This document shows positions 57,901-64,000 of a DNA stretch of 64,000 nt, piece after piece. The position numbers and the translations under genes are program-made. Numbering within the stretch: position 1 is the first letter of the stretch; every line of letters begins with the position of its first letter. This stretch comes from Macrostomum lignano (Eukaryota). The stretch covers positions 143,744 to 207,743 of the forward strand of contig NIVC01002065.1 in assembly GCA_002269645.1 (NCBI GenBank), written 5' to 3'. The notes under the pieces are model-generated. The model saw only the letters and a program-made list of their open reading frames with translations. It was not told the DNA's origin and searched no databases.

Positions 57901-60712
57901 TGACAGCCCGATTACGGAACAGCAAAAGAGGAAAGTTCGACAGCTGTTGTGGAAGTACAACGAAGCCTTCTGCCATCATGATTACGACATCGGACGAGCC
58001 AAGGACATCAAACAGGAAATCAAACTTCTGCCGCACACGGAACCAATTCAGTGCAAGCCGTACCCGATCGCCAAGCATCTGCAACAACACTTTGACGAAA
58101 TCATCGATAAAATGCTAAAGCACGGCATCATCAGCAAAGCTATTTCGGCTTACTCCTCACCGTGCCTACTGGTACAGAAGAAGGAGACAAACGAAAGACG
58201 ACTCGTATGCGACTTCAGACTGTTGAACAAGTACATACCGACGGATCAGCAAAGCCTACCGAAGATCTCCGAACTACTAGCAAAGCTCAACACGGCAAAA
58301 TTGTTCACGGTGTTCGACCTACGTCATGGATTTTGGCAAATTGAAATCGAGAAAGAGTCACGACAGTACACGGCTTTCAAAACCTACAATGGACAAGTAT
58401 ACGAGTACAATCGATCGCCGATGGGACTTAGCAACAGCCCAGCAACGATGAGTCGACTAACAGCATACATGCTAGCAGGATGCACGAACCTGCTGCACTA
58501 TGTCGACGACATTTTAGCCTACGGAGAGGATTTCGAGCGACTCTACGAAGCTACGGAGAAGGCCCTAGCGCTCATTCAACGCCAAGGTCTGAAGCTACAA
58601 CCAACTAAATGCAAATTCTTCCGAGACAACGTGCGTTACCTGGGACATCAGGTGACAGCCAAAGGAATCTCACCGGACCCAGACAACGTGGAAAAGGTGA
58701 AGAAGTTTCCTACGCCAACCAGTATAACGAAGGTCCAATCATTCCTTGGACTTGCGCAATACTTCAGGAAGTTCTTACCTAACTTCGCAAAGACAGCAAA
58801 GCCACTGTACGACCTGCTCAAGTTCGACAAATGGAAGCAAGACAACTGGACACAGAGACAACAGGAAAGTTTCGACGAAATCAAACGACAGCTGACATCA
58901 GACGCACTGCTACAGCATCCGGACTTCGACAAGCCCTTCATCATCGAGACAGACGCCTCAGGAACGGGACTCGGAGCAGTCCTACTACAGGAAACCGAGG
59001 ACAAGAAGGAACGACCTATTGCTTACGTCAGTCGAGCACTCAAACCAAATGAGACAAAGTGGTCAGCTACGGAACGAGAGCTACTAGGAGTCTTGTTCGC
59101 CCTGCGACAGTTTCATTACTACATCTATGGTTCTCCAATACAGACGATAGTACGCACGGATCATGCACCATTGACCTACGTCGTAACTACAAAAGGACAG
59201 ACCAACAACCGACTCATCAGAATGACACTCAAGATCCAGGATTACAACTACAAACTCGTCTACAAACCAGGAATTACCAACAAAGCCGCGGACGCCCTGT
59301 CAAGAGCCTATGAAGTCAACGCCATTCATCCAATCCCTAACATCAAGGAGTTGGTGGATGAAACCGAGCGCGACAACTTCTACCAAGCGGTTAAAGACGA
59401 CGACAAGAACATCAAACTCAGTCCCATGGAACGAAAATTCCTACGCAAGCAACGACAACACCTAACAATCAATAAGTCACGGCTCTACTGGATGAGCGAC
59501 AATAAACCCAAGATCTACATACCATATTCGTTTCGGCAAGCAATTCTCAACGAGCTACACGACAACCCACTCGCTGGACACCTGTCGGCAGCAAAGACCA
59601 TCGCGAGAGTGGAACAATACTACTTTTGGCCAACTATGTACGGCGACATCAAGCAGTATTGCAACAACTGCCATTCATGTGCTGCATCAAAGACAGGACG
59701 ACGACAGAAACCGCAGCTACAGTCCATTCCGAAGTCGACTACAATGGACTGTCTAAGCATCGACATCACCGGACCGCTACCACCGAGCTGTCTCCAGGGC
59801 ATCGCCTACACCTACATTCTAACCGCCTTGGATATCTTCTCGAAGTTTGCTATCGCCATACCGATACCGGACATCACAGCTCAGACAGTGGCAATGAGTT
59901 TCTTCAACGAAATCATTTGCAAGTACGGCACGCCGAAGAACCTCACATCGGACAACGGATCGCAGTTTACATCGCAACTGTTTCAGCAAGTCGTAAGGAT
60001 TCTCAACATTACGCAGATCTACACATCGACCTACAATCCGAAGGCAAACATGGTTGAACGGTTTCACCGCAACCTGCACGAGATGATTACACATTTCGCG
60101 CACCAACAGCCGGAAGACTGGATCATCTACCTGCAATCTGTAACAATGGCCTACAACAGCGCTATTCATCGATCAACGGACAATACGCCATTCTTCCTAA
60201 TGTTTGGACGAGACTTCCAACCGCCGAATCTGCTCGCACAGCAATTGCTACCATCGCAGTACGTGGAAGTACCGACTTCCATTCAGAAATTCGTCACGCA
60301 ACTACACCTCGCATGGAAGATCGCCAAGCACAACATTGACAACCAGGTGGCTCTGACCACCGGCAACGACGCGAGATCGACAACCCTGACGGCCGGCGAC
60401 ATCGTCTACCTACACTACCCGCCACAGCAGACGCATAAACATGCACAGAAGTACAAAGGACCCTATCGAGTGGTCCAACTAACGTCACCAACAACGGCAC
60501 GCCTGGCTAATGTACAAGATCCACATCAGCACCAGTTCTACGTACACATTCATCGACTAAAGAAGATCAACACTGACACAGCGACGTTTCTACCGACATT
60601 AGACAACGCTGATCGCACGCGTTCAACGAACCGCCACATCGCGACGAAGCACGAGGAGACTCAAACGACAGATGTGAGCCAGCCACATGGCTACAACCTA
60701 CGACCACGCTAG
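54968..60712 (+). CDS. pol: Env-Pol fusion polyprotein, 1914 aa: Env-like glycoprotein then protease, RT, RNase H, integrase
   Basis: LLDSGS (57245), LRHGFWQI, YVDD (58499-58510), ETDASGTGLGAVL, HHCC + DITGP..DNGSQF..ERFHRNL, GPY; N-terminal ~660 aa has two hydrophobic segments and 12 ectodomain Cys. Confidence 0.95.
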   Translation: MEQPKEYDADMEDNEWRSQPMPARTTAKSKKWKNWLFWIIVILLIAVVAKATATEKPMICPTDAHIQPMIYKIPTDIKCSYFKTNQTKPKKITLDLYKANIKKHRQHGIVCFRDKHLVEKVWRGQWNRIRFKQHELHVSHAECLQWNQTLFSKDGELEPDEKVGNAQLFRTKNSANGRYIHFFGKWKEYMARNSYLIRNIPFYYNPYEKMESLQLQLSECRYSEGWCPTPILRKEELHSLPLSPTYHQDYRWQIEHRAQSHYEEPYKSRQYFFAWEVEPEIDCKLQKYHTVEGGLLSNTFLAKSGDLALTFQKKPVEQKLKCKDTDKTLFISEQEIPVYVKDEDKQTFLAIINGTYQQQEKQNRRRRDIERPKLVSNRLLSAKITALDHNLHNQLNHLHRTLVQLTCKMHAINLNYARQNYYVNPTMTFRKITGMTNVLAVPIYEHLLIYKCTPIQHFNILPSNTSTTCYDKPRIEAFYEGKRIQGFLDTVHNIIVGTAIPRPCTTAVNYYQLDNALHVIKTTGTTANVTEPEVIVDENYDMEDLKIRFNRTKYTPFADIQLDEITPGWTINDFLQAFITQRKMIHQLFTRKDKGTGTGRFPVLVSMDSAIKSFWTNSFWELLNGRGSLYQGFIFYGACIVWIVTAIFIISSIVRCFSQTCPRAKKTVNAIMQRTTTESDNSLELTETAHCEVQGQPTLATRLYPSIPTTPTAPRIQPPNYQAEQHEPKWPENYVCTLHAEIGKAMAQVIVNNLPCRALLDSGSSITVISQQLCNKLRLAVRPAAIAVAGAGGHSLNILGKADIDLKIANKQLTVPTYIIDRLPNQDVIVGIDTFKQLQLPLTFDFNKQTFRIDTVEQPLINQIRVLPKVTLQQDVIIQPESACWVRAKTTSAADEAMIFDPHRRVTAKHQIMMPTALVLVAKDKQLPVQIFNPNTETVHLRQGMCIGHLNTQASVMLIEQATPRLTEEEFQKKINLDDSPITEQQKRKVRQLLWKYNEAFCHHDYDIGRAKDIKQEIKLLPHTEPIQCKPYPIAKHLQQHFDEIIDKMLKHGIISKAISAYSSPCLLVQKKETNERRLVCDFRLLNKYIPTDQQSLPKISELLAKLNTAKLFTVFDLRHGFWQIEIEKESRQYTAFKTYNGQVYEYNRSPMGLSNSPATMSRLTAYMLAGCTNLLHYVDDILAYGEDFERLYEATEKALALIQRQGLKLQPTKCKFFRDNVRYLGHQVTAKGISPDPDNVEKVKKFPTPTSITKVQSFLGLAQYFRKFLPNFAKTAKPLYDLLKFDKWKQDNWTQRQQESFDEIKRQLTSDALLQHPDFDKPFIIETDASGTGLGAVLLQETEDKKERPIAYVSRALKPNETKWSATERELLGVLFALRQFHYYIYGSPIQTIVRTDHAPLTYVVTTKGQTNNRLIRMTLKIQDYNYKLVYKPGITNKAADALSRAYEVNAIHPIPNIKELVDETERDNFYQAVKDDDKNIKLSPMERKFLRKQRQHLTINKSRLYWMSDNKPKIYIPYSFRQAILNELHDNPLAGHLSAAKTIARVEQYYFWPTMYGDIKQYCNNCHSCAASKTGRRQKPQLQSIPKSTTMDCLSIDITGPLPPSCLQGIAYTYILTALDIFSKFAIAIPIPDITAQTVAMSFFNEIICKYGTPKNLTSDNGSQFTSQLFQQVVRILNITQIYTSTYNPKANMVERFHRNLHEMITHFAHQQPEDWIIYLQSVTMAYNSAIHRSTDNTPFFLMFGRDFQPPNLLAQQLLPSQYVEVPTSIQKFVTQLHLAWKIAKHNIDNQVALTTGNDARSTTLTAGDIVYLHYPPQQTHKHAQKYKGPYRVVQLTSPTTARLANVQDPHQHQFYVHIHRLKKINTDTATFLPTLDNADRTRSTNRHIATKHEETQTTDVSQPHGYNLRPR
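55070..56940 (+). other. env: Env-like (gB/class III fusogen-like) segment of the polyprotein
   Basis: Signal anchor WLFWIIVILLIAVVAKA, furin RRRR (56057-56068), six N-glycosylation sequons, TM GFIFYGACIVWIVTAIFIISSIV. Confidence 0.85.
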
Positions 60713-60832
60713 AGTTTAGAGAACAACCCCGTGTAGTGACCGGGATAAAGAATAGCACTACAGCTTCGCAAGCTTGTCGTAAAAGGCGACTAATCCGAGC
60801 GACACAAAGACAGCGACAAATTGACGACAATT

Positions 60833-61207
60833 ATGGGCAACGCACTGTCAAAACAGGCGCCCCAGCCTCAGCAGCTATATGACTGCCCGATATGTTTAAC
60901 TGATGACTTGGCTGTCAAGCCACCGACTATTTGCATCAACGAACATAAAGTTTGCGGACAATGTTTAAGCGATTCACATTATATTCAGCCATGGCAGAAT
61001 TGTCCCCTCTGTAGAGATAGTTTGCGACAATGTGCCTATTGTTATTCTTGGCGCACGTTTCAATATTGTAACCACCAACATTTTATTTGCATGCACTGTT
61101 TGAAGCAAACCGCTAGTAGGGGCGTTATAGGATGCCCCTTATGTAATAGTATGCCGCGAGACTGCACGTTTCGAAAGTGGTGTCGGATCAAACCTGATGC
61201 CACTTGA
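60833..61207 (+). CDS. Accessory ORF3: 124-aa double RING-finger protein with N-myristoylation motif
   Basis: MGNALSK; C-x2-C-x12-C-x3-H-x2-C-x2-C-x12-C-x2-C followed by C-x2-C-x8-C-x3-H-x2-C-x2-C-x11-C-x2-C. Confidence 0.82.
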   Translation: MGNALSKQAPQPQQLYDCPICLTDDLAVKPPTICINEHKVCGQCLSDSHYIQPWQNCPLCRDSLRQCAYCYSWRTFQYCNHQHFICMHCLKQTASRGVIGCPLCNSMPRDCTFRKWCRIKPDAT

Positions 61208-61372
61208 TGTCTACGCGATATTCGAGTTTTGACCGCAATATGTACTGAAAAGTTTTTAGAGTTTTGACCAAACCCTCGCTTCACTAGACGCGCACAAAAT
61301 CAATTGTTTATTTCCTATATTAACTGATCACCACAGAATTTTATTGTTAAAACTCGGGACGAGTTTTTTCGT

Positions 61373-61387
61373 AAAAAAGGGAGATTT
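61373..61387 (+). promoter_or_regulatory. Polypurine tract
   Basis: AAAAAAGGGAGA-TTT immediately before the 3' LTR, preceded by CTCGGGACGAGTTTTTT. Confidence 0.8.
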
Positions 61388-62250
61388 TGTAGAGTGTTCT
61401 ACCTCCCGTTAAAAAAGGAAAAAAGAAGATAATCGTATAATACTACTATAAGTAAGTAAGTACACGCATGTGCGCCTAAGCTTTGAATGAATCACGCTAC
61501 CAGAAAAAGATGTTACCAGAATAATACGCCATGAGCCATTTTCCCCTTTTAGCGCAACACGTGAATTGTCATGATACTATTTTGGATCAAAAACTTGTCT
61601 ATAAATACAAGCGATCTGAAGCGGTACCGGAGCCATTCTCCCCACGGAAGAGGAGCGCTCCGAAGAGGAAGCCTTAGGAGGACTTCCTGATCTACCAAGT
61701 CAATCGAGACTCGGTCGAGTTGTTGCGGTAAGCCTTCCTTATTTGCGCCGTTGTGTTAGAGACGTCTCGCTCAAGTCTATTGAGACTTGAGTCTAATTGA
61801 GTCTGTTGAGACTCTTGAGTCTGTTTAGACTCCATTGGTTGCAGTCTCCAGAAGGACTGCCCCTGATAGATCTTAGAGGACTATCAGTGGTTTCCGGAGC
61901 TATACCTAGAGTGCATAGAGGCACTGCTAGAAGAAGGAGGCTTAATTTAGACCGCAGTTTGGCGCAGGGTACCCATTGTTGCTACGAGGCCTCTGATTGG
62001 TCCTGACGGAAGATACCGGCCGGAAGAACTTATCGGAAGTACAAGAGGAACCAGGACCAGAGCAACTGAAGAATCAAGGCGCCTGATCTACGAGATCTAC
62101 TGACAAGTTCCTAGCGAGAACTACTCAAGAAATTCAAATCCGGATTAAAGGTAATTGAATACCTTCGTTTGACTTACTGGGTTGCCTAGCTGTTGAGCTA
62201 GAAGTGATTGTTCCTTGATTATCGAAAGTCGGGTAATAAGGAACACATCA
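61388..62250 (+). repeat. 3' LTR (863 bp)
   Basis: Near-identical to the 5' LTR. Confidence 0.96.
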
Positions 62251-63365
62251 CTACTAGCTAGGGTTAGGCCCACAATATAATATGAGCATAAGAAAGTTAA
62301 GCCATTATCCCAAGGATTTTGATACCTTACCTTTCTAAGGCCCTAGAGTCCTAGGTATAGCTACTATAGATTTTCAAATGGATTTTACACTATATAGCCT
62401 AAGACCTAAATAGGCCCATTGATGTAACCGCCCTTGTCGCCAGTCCACTCCTATTGAGAGACGAACGCTTGGCTAGAGGGGGCAATGACCGTAGGCTGCC
62501 TATGACCGGGCAATGACCTGACGGACCTCCAGCACCAGACTGTCCCGCCCACATGATTAGTAGCTTTGGTAGCGCTTCGTGACCAGAGGGCCAAGGACCC
62601 ACATGGACCCCACCTGTAGCCAAGGTGCAATAGTTGGTCACTCGGTCATGGTATGACGAGTGGCTGCCACCACTCTATGTGACCTGGTGCACCTGGATCT
62701 TGCTACCAGACCTCTTGAGGCTAGAGCCCCGCCTGGATTGGTTACCAGGGGATTTAGGCTAACAGGGGAGACGCATGCAGCCGAGTACAGGGACTCTGCT
62801 TGGGGCATGATCGGGAACTCTGGGCTCAATCCTGGAGGATTTCTCAGCAGGGGATCCTTGTGGCTGTGAGCGAGGCTGACTTGCGACTTTGATTACTAAG
62901 AGGTAGTATGAGGTGAACATGTACTGTCTCTAGTTTTAGATTGCTCAGGGCAAAGAGGCGCGTCAGCATGGGGTTGCAACCTTCCTACTGCCATTCTGTG
63001 CCAAGACTCGCTAATCCTCTACTGCACGCACGCACGGCCCCGCAGCCCGCACTCACAGGCGAGCTTTGCACGGGAGAGGCCATTAGCTTACCCAAACTTC
63101 TCTATGCTTTGCCACCGGGAGAAAGGCTTAGCAAGCCATGAGTGAAATGATGGTGAAAGAGTGAATAATGATGAGGTTAGTTAATAGTTAATAATTAGGC
63201 CCTTAGGCAAATAATCAGGCAATTAGGCGGCTTCACTATTGAGTAAAAATACAGCAAAAGGTACGGTATCACAACTGGCTCAGCTCTCTAATCAGACCAT
63301 GGAAAAATAGGCAAACTCCGGATAAGCAAAGGCAATTAGAGCACAAATCAGTAACAGGAACTTAC

Positions 63366-63795
63366 CAGCGGCTGCACAGAGAGAGAGAGAGAGAGAGAGA
63401 CGGAGTGACCGAGGGCGGCTGTAGGCTGCAGTCAGGCGGACAGTGAAGCGGCGATGCGCTGAAGCGACGAGGCGCTGGTGTAGATCAGGCGAAGCTGATG
63501 ATGCTGTGCGGTGTCAGACCGCTGGCCGATAGGCGAGCTCACTTGGGAGCTGAAGATAACTTGGCGGTAACAGACGCGGACCGGCAGGGATTCGTCTTAT
63601 AGACGAATGGGTCAGAACTCATTCAGTCTGACGGCAAGTCTAAAGAAAGACTAGGAGCCCGAAGGTGGGCAAAAGTTGAGCATTCTCATGCCGAAACCGC
63701 CTCCTTTTATAGCCTTCCAGCCGCGCTCCAAGGTCGTTTCCATGACTCCCTCTCTCTGATTGGCTGCCGGCTGAATGACGTCAGAATGAGTCATG
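63366..63795 (-). promoter_or_regulatory. Putative Pol II promoter and first non-coding exon on the minus strand
   Basis: AP-1 TGAGTCA (63787-63793), CRE TGACGTCA (63776-63783), CCAAT (~63760), TATAAAAG (63704-63711), then a GC-rich stretch ending at CTG|GTAAG (63366). Confidence 0.4.
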
Positions 63796-64000
63796 ATGAG
63801 AAACATAAGACCGCATAGCAACATGAGCAAAAGGGAAATTGCGCAATCCGGAGGTGGGTGGGGGATAATTGGCGCAGAGGTTGCAAAGTGTGCCAAGCAA
63901 ACATTGAGACCAATAGGGCCGGGGTCGAGAACAAAGGAATTGGAAATCGGGGATAATTGGGGAGAATCGAGAACAATAGAAAAGCAAACATTGGAGAAAA

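Larger units (their letters stand above)
51639..62250 (+). mobile_element. Intact full-length Ty3/gypsy (Metaviridae-like) LTR retroelement with gag, env-pol fusion ORF and 3' RING ORF
   Basis: TG..CA LTRs, 4-bp TSD CTAC (51635-51638, 62251-62254), PBS, PPT, domain order PR-RT-RH-IN. Confidence 0.97.

Overview
Repeat-rich eukaryotic (animal) genomic DNA with GC-rich exons, minisatellite-filled introns and many transposon relics. The style resembles a flatworm such as Macrostomum, but taxon is inference only. Host genes: an intronless ~596-aa disordered protein (- strand), a complete 3-exon VPS36 (ESCRT-II), a divergent 6-exon Rel/NF-kB-homology-domain gene with a secreted PAN/glycine-rich gene nested antisense in its long intron, and a LOTUS(OST-HTH)+polyQ protein. 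Mobile DNA: LOA/I-group and RTE-like LINEs, a Tc1 remnant, several TIR MITEs carrying minisatellite cargo, and a related older LTR. The standout is an intact, very young Ty3/gypsy element (51639-62250; CTAC TSD; near-identical LTRs) with unusual architecture. Gag is followed by one ORF in which a herpes-gB/class III-like Env (signal anchor, furin site, TM) is fused N-terminally to PR-RT-RH-IN. A LYPSI/PTAP/PPNY late-domain cluster lies between Env and protease, and a 3' ORF encodes a putatively myristoylated double-RING protein. All alignments and counts were done by eye; no database searches were run.
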